NCBI GenBank assembly: GCA_021735245.1
Contig: JAIPHJ010000001.1
Location: 20,837 to 84,836, forward strand
Direction of reading: 5' to 3'
Length of the DNA stretch: 64,000 nucleotides
Source of the DNA: Candidatus Bipolaricaulota bacterium
Lineage (GTDB): Bacteria; Bipolaricaulota; Bipolaricaulia; M55B111
A model generated the notes under the pieces. That model had not been told where the DNA came from. It saw nothing but the letters and a program-made list of their open reading frames with translations, and did no database searches. Shown here piece after piece: positions 1 through 9,475 of this stretch; positions within the stretch are counted from its first letter, which is position 1; every line of letters begins with the position of its first letter. The translations under genes and the position numbers were made by a program.

Positions 1-450
1 AGCCGAAAAAACAGGAAGAAGATGTTGCGAGACGAAGTAAGCTTCCTCCCCCGTAATTTCGTGCTTCCGGAGAATAAAACGATTTCCGAATCTCTGGAAT
101 TCAAGTTAAAAATCACCAATGCACAGCCCGATATCCGGGAAAGGTTGAACGAGGTACTGGAGCTAACGGATCTAAAATCTAAAGCGGAACAACTACCCCG
201 AGAAACGAGTGCAGTAAACCAGGTAAAAACCGCCCTGGCTATATCGATAGCTACCAAGCCCGAGTTGCTGGTTTGTCATAAACCGTTCCCGGGTTTAAAC
301 TCGACCGGAATAGAAGAAGTTATAGACCTTCTAACCAGGATAAACGCGCAACAAAATCTGAGTGCGCTGTTATTGACTGACGGGATAAAAGATAACTTCA
401 ATGGGGTTAACGTAATCGAGACCAATCTGGACAGCAGAGTAGTCAATTAG
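1..450 (+). CDS. Partial (5'-truncated by window edge) FtsE-like ABC ATPase, C-terminal half. ABC signature, Walker B and H-loop are all degenerate.
   Basis: The frame is open from position 1 and the ORF track starts at 22. It aligns to the FtsE C-terminus: LPRET in place of LSGGQ, LLVCHKP in place of LLADEP, LTDG in place of ATHD, and GLN in place of the D-loop NLD. It lies immediately upstream of ftsX. Confidence 0.55.
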   Translation, partial: SRKNRKKMLRDEVSFLPRNFVLPENKTISESLEFKLKITNAQPDIRERLNEVLELTDLKSKAEQLPRETSAVNQVKTALAISIATKPELLVCHKPFPGLNSTGIEEVIDLLTRINAQQNLSALLLTDGIKDNFNGVNVIETNLDSRVVN

Positions 451-456
451 GAGAAA

Positions 457-1335
457 ATGACTAAAGGCTTCTACTTCATAAAAGAGTTCGGAAGCTTGGT
501 TGATGGAAATAAATCGGCAAAGGTTGCCGGCGCGATACTTAGCATATTTGCTTTTATCATTTTAATTTACGCCCTCCTGCTTCCAAAAAACCAGCCACTC
601 CAGGTTTCCTCCGGGCTTAAAAAGTTTCCAGGAAATCACAAAACGCTGGCCCAGATCGAACAGGGACTCTCGGCAAGCAGGATAAACGATCTATATCTTT
701 CGCTCAGACAGCTCAACTCAGTAGATAACCTAATACTTGTCCTGTCAGAAGAAGTCAAACAGGGGATTCTCAACGTTCCACCCGAAATGTCCAAAAATTC
801 CAATTTCTTTCTGATTAAAACGAGTGACAGAGGACAATTACGAGAGGAACTGAAGACCCAACCGGAGATAAACATGATAACCACTATTTCCGGTCAGATA
901 AAACGGCAGGGTTCACAGTCATTATCGTTATGGCTAAAAATTCTTATCCTGGTAATAGGGGTGACTTTTGCCGGACTTGCCTTTTACCTCCTCCGATCCG
1001 CTACGGAAGATATCCTTGAGGGCTGGGAGGGAGAACTTCAAATAATTAAGTATTCCGGCCTGTCCAGGTTTTCGGTAAAACTACCCCTGGCTCTGCTTGG
1101 CACACTATTTGGACTTATCGGTTCCGTACTGAGCGTGGTCATGCTATTCGTCCTATCCCTTCTGGCTGATAACGGAGTGTGGCTAATTCAAAGCCTGCCA
1201 GGCCTGCCCACTAACACCTCGCTCCTGTTAGTCTCGGTCTGGTCACTTCTCCTCGGGTTGGTACTGGGTTTCCTTGCCTCTCTTTCCAGCCTACGGGTAG
1301 TCGATCTAATGTGGAGTTCTCAAGAAAACCAATAA
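457..1335 (+). CDS. ftsX: FtsX-like permease (cell-division ABC transporter permease family)
   Basis: 292 aa. FtsX topology: TM1 at about residues 24-43, a roughly 110-aa extracytoplasmic loop, then three C-terminal TM helices. It is adjacent to the FtsE-like gene. Confidence 0.7.
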   Translation: MTKGFYFIKEFGSLVDGNKSAKVAGAILSIFAFIILIYALLLPKNQPLQVSSGLKKFPGNHKTLAQIEQGLSASRINDLYLSLRQLNSVDNLILVLSEEVKQGILNVPPEMSKNSNFFLIKTSDRGQLREELKTQPEINMITTISGQIKRQGSQSLSLWLKILILVIGVTFAGLAFYLLRSATEDILEGWEGELQIIKYSGLSRFSVKLPLALLGTLFGLIGSVLSVVMLFVLSLLADNGVWLIQSLPGLPTNTSLLLVSVWSLLLGLVLGFLASLSSLRVVDLMWSSQENQ

Positions 1336-1354
1336 ATTTACCAGGTGATCGCAC

Positions 1355-1897
1355 TTGAAAAGAAAGGAAGCACTGGATCTTGTTGAGGAAAGTATATCGG
1401 AACGTAACTTGATCAAGCATATGAAAGCGCTAGAGGCAGGTATGAGAGAACTCGCCCGGTATTTTGATAAGGACGAAGAAGAGTGGGGAATTGCGGGTTT
1501 ATTGCACGATCTAGATTACGAGGAGACGGAAAAAGATCCCGATCGTCATGGCTTATTAACTGTAGACAGGTTGCAAAACGAGGATTTAACTGAGAAGCAA
1601 TTAAACGCGATAAAGGCTCACGCAGGGCAGAAGACACCAGAGACCAGGATGGAGAAATCCATCTACGCCACGGACCCGTTAACAGGCCTTATCGTGGCCG
1701 GTGCCCTGGTTCACCCAGATGGTCTGAGTGAAATGGATGCCGAGTTCATTCGAAACCGATACGAGGAAAGTAGTTTTGCAAAATCGGTGGACCGAGAAGC
1801 TATAGCAAGCTGTGAGGACCTGGGATTTGAACTTGAGGAGTTCTTTGATTTAGTTCTGGAAGGCATGCAAAACATCCAGGACGAACTGGGCCTCTAA
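1355..1897 (+). CDS. HD-domain (HDIG-type) metal-dependent phosphohydrolase
   Basis: H...HD...D pattern (KHMKA ... LLHDLDY). About 180 aa, typical of small HD hydrolases. Confidence 0.6.
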   Translation: MKRKEALDLVEESISERNLIKHMKALEAGMRELARYFDKDEEEWGIAGLLHDLDYEETEKDPDRHGLLTVDRLQNEDLTEKQLNAIKAHAGQKTPETRMEKSIYATDPLTGLIVAGALVHPDGLSEMDAEFIRNRYEESSFAKSVDREAIASCEDLGFELEEFFDLVLEGMQNIQDELGL

Positions 1898-2252
1898 TAA
1901 TCGAAAGCTTTAATTCAGTTCTTTTCTTTCACCGTTGAATTAAGGCAAGTCATCATTAATGCACGAAGACTTCTTCTATTCTTCAAGCTCTCCACGCTCA
2001 CCCGGTAACTGGTTTAACTTTAAATGTTGAAAATATACAAATCCCGGCAGCAGGGAAGAGGAGAGCAGTTATTCGAACCAGACAATTAGTACGGCGGAAG
2101 TCACGAACCCCCAAGGATGGACGGAGCTTGGAGAAATTCCTTTAAGCCGATTCATCCCGACGGTGCCCCGGGGCTTCCTCGTCAAGTTCTGGTGAAGGAA
2201 TTGAGTTTGAATTTAGCAGCGTGCAAGGTGGTCGGTTACTAAAATGGCAGGA

Positions 2253-2290
2253 AATTCAAAAGGGAGGGTCCTACTACCATTACCCTCCCC
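2253..2290 (-). terminator. Putative rho-independent terminator downstream of rplQ
   Basis: Stem GGGAGGGT (2263-2270) pairs with ACCCTCCC (2282-2289) around a 11-nt loop. On the minus strand it is followed by TTTTGAATTT, 15 nt past the rplQ stop. Confidence 0.6.
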
Positions 2291-2304
2291 GCTTGAAAGT
2301 TTAA

Positions 2305-2661
2305 TTACTGATTTTCCACAAAGGTAAGGCGGGCCATTTCGGCTCCATCGCCCCTCCTGGGTGGAAGACGAAGAACCCTGGTATAGCCGCCATCTCTATC
2401 TTCGTATTGTTCTCCCAGGTTCTCGAACAAAGTCGTTACTGCTTCTTTATCGTTCAAGAAACTAAAGGCTCGTCTCCTGGCGTGCTCGTCTCCTTTCTTG
2501 GCGAGGGTAACCATCCTATCGGCAAATCGACTTGCCTCTTTGGCTTTCGCCACCGTGGTATCTACTTTACCGTTCTTAATTAAACCTTTCACCAGGTTAG
2601 CCACAATCTGTTTCTGATGGCTGGATTTTGCAAGATTCCAACCTTTCGTTTTATGATCCAT
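2305..2661 (-). CDS. rplQ: 50S ribosomal protein L17
   Basis: 118 aa with L17 motifs, directly downstream of rpoA. Confidence 0.9.
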   Translation of the reverse strand: MDHKTKGWNLAKSSHQKQIVANLVKGLIKNGKVDTTVAKAKEASRFADRMVTLAKKGDEHARRRAFSFLNDKEAVTTLFENLGEQYEDRDGGYTRVLRLPPRRGDGAEMARLTFVENQ

Positions 2662-3607
2662 TTTCTTCCTCCTGATCGGCTAACGAATAGCCCAGTTCCT
2701 CTAGTTTGTCTTCGACTTTCTGGAGCGTCTTACTTCCGAAGCCATGAATATCGAGTAGTTTATCGGAGGTCTGGTCCAGCAAGTCCTCAAGAGTCTCCAC
2801 GCCCTTTTCCTGAAGCAGGTTACAGGCACGCTGGTTAAAGCCAAGATCTTCAAGCCTTTCTTCAAATTCTTCCGGTACTTCTTCCTCGACTTCCTGCAAC
2901 GTCCCCAGTTCTCCAAACGGATGCTCGGGTAAATTGGAGAATAGTTCATACCTTCGGGCAAGTATCCGAGAAGCTCGACCTACCGCTTCTTCGGGTCTGA
3001 TTCCCCCATCCGTCTCCAGTTCGAGCTCTAACCTATCACAGTCTTCCTTGCCCCCGGCTCTTACGTTATCCACGTCAAAATCAACTTTCTGCACAGGAGA
3101 AAAGTTCGAGTCAATGGGTATAACGGAAAGAGGAGAATCCTCGACTTTGTTTTCGTCGGCGGAACGGTAGCCCATACCGGCCTCTACGTCCATTTCCATG
3201 TTTATTTCTGCTCCGTCGGACAGGTGAGCCAGTGCGTGATCCGGATTGATAACCTCTATACCGGACTCGACCTGCAGATCACCCGTAACGACTTCCCCCG
3301 ATTCCGAGGCCTCCAGGTACATCTTTCTCTCTTCCGCTCTATCAAGTCTCAGGGAGATCTCCTTAACGTTCATAATTAACTCAATTATGTCTTCCCTGAC
3401 TCCCTCTATGGTATCGTACTCGTGATACTTCCCGTCAAACCTAACCCTGGTCACGGCTGCTCCCGGTATCATTGACATCAGCACTCTGCGCAGGGAGTTA
3501 CCCAGAGTAGTGCCCATGCCTCGTTCCAGGGGCCCGACCACAAGGCGGCCATGGTTATTGTCTAACTCTTCGAAATGAACGTCTTCTGGCTCAATATATT
3601 CTAACAT
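2651..3607 (-). CDS. rpoA: DNA-directed RNA polymerase subunit alpha
   Basis: 318 aa with alpha NTD and CTD (LLQEKGVETLEDLL helix-hairpin-helix). It sits in the alpha operon. Confidence 0.95.
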   Translation of the reverse strand: MLEYIEPEDVHFEELDNNHGRLVVGPLERGMGTTLGNSLRRVLMSMIPGAAVTRVRFDGKYHEYDTIEGVREDIIELIMNVKEISLRLDRAEERKMYLEASESGEVVTGDLQVESGIEVINPDHALAHLSDGAEINMEMDVEAGMGYRSADENKVEDSPLSVIPIDSNFSPVQKVDFDVDNVRAGGKEDCDRLELELETDGGIRPEEAVGRASRILARRYELFSNLPEHPFGELGTLQEVEEEVPEEFEERLEDLGFNQRACNLLQEKGVETLEDLLDQTSDKLLDIHGFGSKTLQKVEDKLEELGYSLADQEEENGS

Positions 3608-3632
3608 TAGCCCTCCGCTATTTATAAGTACT

Positions 3633-4256
3633 CTATCGAGAGTAGAACTCTACAATTCTATTGACTTGAAGTGACTCCTCAACGTCCTCAATAGCGGGTT
3701 CAGATAAAACAGAAGCTCTCATGTTATCAGTTTCGACGTCTATCCAGGATGGGATTCTCGGATTATCTTCATCTACCAAACTCCTTAAACCGTCTCTACT
3801 CCTGGAAGAATCCTTATAGGCAACTACGTCTCCCTCCTCCGTCATATAGGAAGGAATATCGATCGACCGGCCGTTTACCTCGATGTGACCGTGATTTATC
3901 AACTGACGTGCCTGATCGCGCGACTCGGCCAATCCACTCCTATACAGCACGTTGTCAAGCCGCCTTTCAAGCGTCTTTAGGAGGGCTTCACCCGTAATCT
4001 CTGTGCTCGCGTCGGACTGCTCAAAGTAATTTCGGAACTTCTCTTCTCGGACCCCATATATACGTCGGGCTTTCTGTTTTTCCCGCAACCTGATTCTATA
4101 TTGAGACCACCTTGACCTACTCTCCCCGGCTTCACCAGGGGGATAGGACTTCCTCGTTACGGGGCATTTATCCGTATAACACTTATCGCCTTTCAAAAAT
4201 AATTTCGTACCTTCGCGTCTACATTTCTTACATTTAGCTCCGGTATCTCTTCCCAT
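3633..4256 (-). CDS. rpsD: 30S ribosomal protein S4
   Basis: N-terminal Cys cluster MGRDTGAKCKKCRREGTKLFLKGDKCYTDKC. An AGGAGG Shine-Dalgarno sequence lies upstream. Confidence 0.95.
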   Translation of the reverse strand: MGRDTGAKCKKCRREGTKLFLKGDKCYTDKCPVTRKSYPPGEAGESRSRWSQYRIRLREKQKARRIYGVREEKFRNYFEQSDASTEITGEALLKTLERRLDNVLYRSGLAESRDQARQLINHGHIEVNGRSIDIPSYMTEEGDVVAYKDSSRSRDGLRSLVDEDNPRIPSWIDVETDNMRASVLSEPAIEDVEESLQVNRIVEFYSR

Positions 4257-4271
4257 ATCAATATCCTCCTG

Positions 4272-4607
4272 TCAACTATGTGCCCTGGGGGTTATGTTTG
4301 CGACCTTGTCCACTTCGATCCCGGCTCCCTCGATCGTCTGGATCACCGAGTTTCTACCGGATCCAGTCCCTTTTACAGTTACGATAACTGATTTAACCCC
4401 GTAATCGCGTAATTCTTCGACTAAGTTCTCCGCAGCAACCTGCGCGGCGTAAGGAGTACCCTTTCGCGAACCCTTGAAGCCCACGGCACCAGGCGTAACC
4501 CAGGAAATTACGTCCCCATCCGTATCAGTCAACGTCAATATCGTATTGTTAAACGAAGCATTAACGTGGACTCTCGCTTTATTCAGCTTTACTTGTTTTC
4601 GTGCCAA
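4272..4607 (-). CDS. rpsK: 30S ribosomal protein S11 (C-terminally short)
   Basis: 111 aa. HVNASFNNTILTLTD and GSRKGTPYAAQVAAE are conserved. The protein ends ...NITPRAHS, lacking the canonical PHNGCRPPKRRRV tail. Confidence 0.9.
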   Translation of the reverse strand: MARKQVKLNKARVHVNASFNNTILTLTDTDGDVISWVTPGAVGFKGSRKGTPYAAQVAAENLVEELRDYGVKSVIVTVKGTGSGRNSVIQTIEGAGIEVDKVANITPRAHS

Positions 4608-4637
4608 TTAAATCTCTCCCTGTTTCATATCCGAAGT

Positions 4638-4997
4638 CTATTTGCCCGCCTTAGACTCTCGCGGACCCTTCCAAGTTCTTGCGTTGGACTGCGTCTTCTG
4701 TCCCCGGACCGGCAACCCTTCCTTATGTCTTTCACCCCGGTAACAACCGATATCTTTCAATCTCTGTATATCCGCCTCGACCTTTCGTTCCAGATCACCC
4801 TCCACGCGGTATTCATCTATCGCGTTTCTCAGTTTTGCTACATCGGCTTCTGTAAGGTCGTAAACGAATTCGTCGGGATCTACTCCCGAAGTCTCGGCTA
4901 CTTTTCTGGCCCGATGACTCCCTATACCCTTTATATAGGTAAGGGAAATCTTGACTTTCTTATCTTCCGGAATATCTACACCTGCTAACCTGGGCAT
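4638..4997 (-). CDS. rpsM: 30S ribosomal protein S13
   Basis: MPRLAGVDIP...LTYIKGIG, 119 aa. Confidence 0.95.
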   Translation of the reverse strand: MPRLAGVDIPEDKKVKISLTYIKGIGSHRARKVAETSGVDPDEFVYDLTEADVAKLRNAIDEYRVEGDLERKVEADIQRLKDIGCYRGERHKEGLPVRGQKTQSNARTWKGPRESKAGK

Positions 4998-5014
4998 CCT
5001 TTATCACCTTTCTA

Positions 5015-5128
5015 TTAACCTTGACGTTGTCTGTGCTTCGGATTCTTACAAATAACTTCGACTCTTCCGTTCCGCTTAATAATTTTACAATCGTCACATA
5101 TCTTTCTTACCGAACTTCTGACTTTCAT
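5015..5128 (-). CDS. rpmJ: 50S ribosomal protein L36 (zinc-ribbon type)
   Basis: Not in the ORF track because it is under 60 aa. Manual reverse-strand translation gives [37 protein letters not shown] (37 aa), lying between infA and rpsM. Confidence 0.85.
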   Translation of the reverse strand: MKVRSSVRKICDDCKIIKRNGRVEVICKNPKHRQRQG

Positions 5129-5143
5129 ACTAACCCCCCTCAA

Positions 5144-5371
5144 TCAGGACTCTCTATATACTATTCTTCCTTTGTTCAAGTCATGGGGTGAAAACTCCAC
5201 CAGTACCCTGTCACCAGGAACTATCCTAATAAAATGCTTTCTTATCTTGCCTGATATATGGCAAATAGCTTCGTGCCCGTTGTCCAGTTCGACCTTGAAC
5301 ATCGAATCGGGTAGAGCTTCAATAATCTCTCCCCGCTTTCTTATAATGTCGTCATCTTCTTTTTCAGCCAT
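5144..5371 (-). CDS. infA: Translation initiation factor IF-1
   Basis: 75 aa with an S1-like fold: [49 protein letters not shown]. Confidence 0.95.
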   Translation of the reverse strand: MAEKEDDDIIRKRGEIIEALPDSMFKVELDNGHEAICHISGKIRKHFIRIVPGDRVLVEFSPHDLNKGRIVYRES

Positions 5372-5376
5372 GGATT

Positions 5377-6132
5377 TTATAAACCACCCCTGACTAAAAC
5401 TTCTGGTCCGTCCTTGGTAGCTGCAACCATACCTTCGAAGTGAGCAGATAGATCACGATCCGCCGTTACCGTGGTCCAGCCATCGTCTAAGACTTCCACT
5501 TTCTTGTCATCAAGCTTAACCATCGGCTCTATACAGAAAACCATTCCTTCTTCGATTCTCTTTCCCGTATCCGGCTCTCCGTAATTCGGAATTTGAGGAT
5601 CCTCGTGCATATCCCTTCCGATGCCGTGTCCGACAAATTCCTTTACCACATGATACCCTTCTTCGTTAACAAAGGACCCGATAACGTGCGAAATATCGCC
5701 AACCCTATTCCCTACGGCCACCTTATCTATTCCTTTGGTAAGCGCCTTATCCGTAACCGACATCAACCCCATAGCCTTTTCAGTTACCTTTCCTACGGCG
5801 ACCGTGGTCGCAAAATCGGCAAACAAACCGTCCCTTTCTATTCCGATATCCAGGGAAAGCAAATCTCCCGACTCCAGCTTTCTCCTGCCGGGGATCCCGT
5901 GCACTATCTCTTCGTTCAACGACGTGCATAAGGAGCTGGGGAAGCCACGATAATTCTTAAACGCAGGCGTTCCATCCGCTTCGTGAATTAGGTCTTCCGC
6001 GTAGCTATCAAGTTCCTGAGTGGTTACACCTAGCTCGATTCTGGAGACTACTTTGTCAAGAATTTTCCTCAAAATACTAGCGTTTTCTTTCATAATTTCA
6101 AGTTCCGAACTGGATTTTATCTTGATCATCAA
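5377..6132 (-). CDS. map: Type I methionine aminopeptidase
   Basis: 251 aa in the conserved spc-operon position after adk. Confidence 0.9.
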   Translation of the reverse strand: MMIKIKSSSELEIMKENASILRKILDKVVSRIELGVTTQELDSYAEDLIHEADGTPAFKNYRGFPSSLCTSLNEEIVHGIPGRRKLESGDLLSLDIGIERDGLFADFATTVAVGKVTEKAMGLMSVTDKALTKGIDKVAVGNRVGDISHVIGSFVNEEGYHVVKEFVGHGIGRDMHEDPQIPNYGEPDTGKRIEEGMVFCIEPMVKLDDKKVEVLDDGWTTVTADRDLSAHFEGMVAATKDGPEVLVRGGL

Positions 6133-6785
6133 CCAGTACCTTGATGGAGGGCGCTCTCGATCTCTGCCTGAACCTCTTCCGGTTGCTGTTCACCGTCAAT
6201 TTCTTCAAGCAGCCCCCTCTCACGATAAAAGTCAATTAACGGAGCCGTTTCGTCGAGGAAGGTCGCAAATCTATCACGGATAACCTCCGGCTTGTCGTCG
6301 TCTCGCTGATACAGATTTCCGCTACATTCGTCGCAAACTCCCTCTCTCTCAGGGGACTTGAAGATCGTATTATATATTCTACCACAATCGCGGCAAACTC
6401 TCCTCGAAGACAATCTCCTAACGGCTTCTGACTTGCTGATCTTGATATAGGCTACCAGATCTAAATCCAATACTCTACCGAGTGCTTTTGCCTGGTCCAT
6501 CGTTCTCGGAAAGCCGTCAAACAGATATCCTTTTTGGTCGGTTAACCGTTTTTGAACCATATCCACGACAAGATCGTCGGGAACCAGTTCACCCTTATCC
6601 ATATATTTTTTTGCCTTAAGCCCCAGTTCTGTGCCTTTATCCACCTCGTCCCTCAGAATATCGCCGGTAGCTAGATGCTGCATCCTTCTATCCTCCAGAA
6701 GCTTTTCCGCCTGGGTTCCTTTCCCTGCACCCGGACCACCCAGTAAAACTACGTTACACTTTTCGCCGTCCGAAGGGGCTAACAT
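6129..6785 (-). CDS. adk: Adenylate kinase (Zn-lid type)
   Basis: GGPGAGKGTQ P-loop. Cys4 lid motif CRDCGRIYN...CDECSG. The start was moved to the internal Met so the gene does not run into secY. Confidence 0.9.
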   Translation of the reverse strand: MLAPSDGEKCNVVLLGGPGAGKGTQAEKLLEDRRMQHLATGDILRDEVDKGTELGLKAKKYMDKGELVPDDLVVDMVQKRLTDQKGYLFDGFPRTMDQAKALGRVLDLDLVAYIKISKSEAVRRLSSRRVCRDCGRIYNTIFKSPEREGVCDECSGNLYQRDDDKPEVIRDRFATFLDETAPLIDFYRERGLLEEIDGEQQPEEVQAEIESALHQGTG

Positions 6786-6786
6786 T

Positions 6787-8082
6787 TCAACCTCTCCTCC
6801 CCAGTATGGCGGATCCACCGGCTTCCGTTAGACTGTCGTAATGCCTCATAACCATGTGCGATTCTATCTGCATCAAGACGTCAAGGCCTACTCCGACGAC
6901 AATCAGGACCGACGTACCTCCAAGCCAGAACGAAGTCAACCCGCTAATTGCCGTAAACACGTAGGGTAACACCGCAATCGCACCGAGAAACAGTGCCCCG
7001 ACGAGCAGCAACCGATTAAGTATCGATTGAATATATTCAACCGTCGACTGACCCGGACGCACGCCTGGTATGAAACCTCCAGATTCCTTGAGGTTCTTTG
7101 CGACGTCGTTCGGATCAAATATTATCGCACTGTAAAAATATGTGAAGAACACTATCAAAAGAACGTAAGCAATCAAATAGGGAATGCTCCCGCGTTGAAC
7201 CCAGCGAGTCATCCACGACAGGCCCGGGGCCCATTGAGCAAGGGTCATGGGCAGGGAAAGAAGCACTGAGGCAAATATGATCGGTATTACTCCCCCTTGA
7301 TTTACCTTTATCGGTAAATGGCTTGTATGACCGCCGTAAACCTTTCGACCGGCAGTTCTTTTCGCGTATTGGATCCTTATTTTCCTTCTCCCCTGCTGGA
7401 CTATCACTACGCCTGCAATTACCACTATAAATACCCCTACAAGAATCAGACCCCAGATCGGGCTAACATTACCGTAGTTTACTTCAACCCACGTACTGTA
7501 GAGCTGACTCGGAAACCTTGCCATAATTCCGGCCATAATTAAAACTGATATACCATTTCCTATTCCGTTTTCAGTTATCCTTTCTCCAAGCCACATAAGA
7601 AAAACCGTCCCAGTGGTCATCGACAGAACGGCGGTGATGAAAAACAGCGTCACCGAACCTTCGACCATACCCTGTCTCACAAGGAAATAGCTCCAGCCGT
7701 ACGATTGAATGAAAGCAATGGCAAGAGTCCCGTATCTCGTGTACTTTGTAATTACTTTCTTACCTTCCCGACCTTGCTGTTGCAACTCCTTCAACTTGGG
7801 TACGACGGCCGTCAAAAGGCTCATAATAATTGAAGCGTTAATGTAAGGGGTAATTCCCAGTCCAAAGAGAGTTCCTCGCCCCAGGGCACCCCCGGTAAAC
7901 ATGTTGAGATACTGGAGGATGTTCCCCCCACCCTGTTCAAACAGGTTTCGTAGCGCCTCCGTAGCTATACCCGGTATCGGAATGTGCGTCCCGGCCCGGA
8001 ATATCGCTATTGCCCCCAAAGTAAATAAAATTCTCTTTCTGAGCTCAGGTATTTTTAGTATACTGGCTAACTGATTAAGCAC
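6787..8082 (-). CDS. secY: Preprotein translocase subunit SecY
   Basis: 431 aa, polytopic, with SecY motifs. Confidence 0.95.
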   Translation of the reverse strand: MLNQLASILKIPELRKRILFTLGAIAIFRAGTHIPIPGIATEALRNLFEQGGGNILQYLNMFTGGALGRGTLFGLGITPYINASIIMSLLTAVVPKLKELQQQGREGKKVITKYTRYGTLAIAFIQSYGWSYFLVRQGMVEGSVTLFFITAVLSMTTGTVFLMWLGERITENGIGNGISVLIMAGIMARFPSQLYSTWVEVNYGNVSPIWGLILVGVFIVVIAGVVIVQQGRRKIRIQYAKRTAGRKVYGGHTSHLPIKVNQGGVIPIIFASVLLSLPMTLAQWAPGLSWMTRWVQRGSIPYLIAYVLLIVFFTYFYSAIIFDPNDVAKNLKESGGFIPGVRPGQSTVEYIQSILNRLLLVGALFLGAIAVLPYVFTAISGLTSFWLGGTSVLIVVGVGLDVLMQIESHMVMRHYDSLTEAGGSAILGRRG

Positions 8083-8088
8083 GAATCA

Positions 8089-8547
8089 TCACTCTTTGTC
8101 ACCCACCAATTCCCACGTACCTCCTGCGTCTTCGATTTTTCTCTTTGCGCCCGCACTGAACTGATGTGCCTTCACGGTCAACTTCGTTTCAAGCTCTCCA
8201 TCTCCGAGAACTTTTAAACCGTCTTTAAGGTTCCCTACAAGACCCTCTTTCTTAAGGCGCTCGGGGTCGATTACCTCGTCATCCTCGTAGCGGTCGAGCT
8301 GGTACACGTTTACCCATTCCAATTCCTTTTTGTTCGGGTTTGAAAAGCCTACTTTGGGAAATCTCCGCCAAATCGGAGTCTGTCCCCCTTCAAAACCCAC
8401 CTTGGGCTTGCCTCCACTCCTGGCGTTCTGGCCTTTCGTTCCTCGACCGGATTCGTGACCTCCCTTGCCTGAACCGTAACCCCGACCTCTGCGGTTTTTC
8501 GCCTGTTTACTACCTTCAGTCGGTTTGAGATCTTCTAATTTCTTCAT
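8089..8547 (-). CDS. rplO: 50S ribosomal protein L15
   Basis: 152 aa with a Gly/Arg-rich N-terminus. Confidence 0.9.
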   Translation of the reverse strand: MKKLEDLKPTEGSKQAKNRRGRGYGSGKGGHESGRGTKGQNARSGGKPKVGFEGGQTPIWRRFPKVGFSNPNKKELEWVNVYQLDRYEDDEVIDPERLKKEGLVGNLKDGLKVLGDGELETKLTVKAHQFSAGAKRKIEDAGGTWELVGDKE

Positions 8548-9056
8548 TCCTGGAAGGCCTCCTCAAGATCTTCTACTTCCTTACCCCTTTTCCTGGCAAC
8601 ACTCTCCGGGGTCTTCAACCTGCTAAATCCCTCTATTACAGCTTTTGCCAGCGTCATCGGGTTGTTCGTTCCAAGCGACTTCGTCAGCATATTGTCCAGC
8701 CCGGCCAGCCTACATATAGTACCAACTACGTCACCAGCGATTATGCCCGTACCTCTATAAGCAGGCTTTAGCACGACTTTCCCCGCCTTGAATTCCCCGA
8801 TCACTTCGTGAGGAATGGTTCCATTCACTATCGGTACGTCTATTATGTGCTTCTTCGCATCTCTTACGGCCTGGCCTATAGCTTGAGGAATCTCATCGGT
8901 GTTGCCGGAACCTACTCCAACCTTTCCTTCGTAATTACCTGCGGCAACTAGCACCCGAAATCTAAGATTCCTCCCACCTTTGGTAACTTTACTTACCCGA
9001 CTTATGTCAATTACGTTATCATCAAAATCGTCTTCTCGTCTATTGTTCCTTGCCAT
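8544..9056 (-). CDS. rpsE: 30S ribosomal protein S5 (no L30 gene between S5 and L15)
   Basis: 170 aa. It overlaps the rplO start by 4 nt, so rpmD is absent. Confidence 0.95.
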   Translation of the reverse strand: MARNNRREDDFDDNVIDISRVSKVTKGGRNLRFRVLVAAGNYEGKVGVGSGNTDEIPQAIGQAVRDAKKHIIDVPIVNGTIPHEVIGEFKAGKVVLKPAYRGTGIIAGDVVGTICRLAGLDNMLTKSLGTNNPMTLAKAVIEGFSRLKTPESVARKRGKEVEDLEEAFQE

Positions 9057-9058
9057 AA

Positions 9059-9421
9059 CTAAAAGTCAAGTCCCTCCTCTCTCATCTGGTCGGCCAGTGC
9101 CTTAACTTGCCCGTGATAAGGGTATCCTCCCCTATCGAAAACTATCGTTTCGTAACCTTCTTCCAGGAGTTCCGAGGCCATCAAAGAACCTACCTTCCTG
9201 GCGGTTTCGATCGTCGCGTTCTCAACCTCTTCCTCAATTTCCGGACTCAAAGACGAGGAAGCAGCAATAGTTTCGTTATGGATATCATCTATCGCCTGAG
9301 CGTAAATATGTCTGTTCGACTTCTTTACGTAGACCCTTGGCTTGCTCCGTGTCCCTCTTATATTACTCCTAATCCGTTTATGCCTTATCTTTCTCCTCTT
9401 CTCTCTATCAACTTTTGGCAC
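9059..9421 (-). CDS. rplR: 50S ribosomal protein L18
   Basis: 120 aa, in spc-operon order. Confidence 0.9.
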   Translation of the reverse strand: MPKVDREKRRKIRHKRIRSNIRGTRSKPRVYVKKSNRHIYAQAIDDIHNETIAASSSLSPEIEEEVENATIETARKVGSLMASELLEEGYETIVFDRGGYPYHGQVKALADQMREEGLDF

Positions 9422-9475
9422 TGATGTATCCTCCTAAATTCTGATTTTGACGGTTAGTTTACAATAACTCTCGGA

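Noticed and set aside
2195-2255. Possible third copy of the conserved intergenic element (TTGAGTTTG ... GGTTACTAAAATGGCAGG)
   Set aside because: The block spacing differs by about 20 nt and the 5' TACCTGGCTGCC block is missing, so this is most likely chance similarity.
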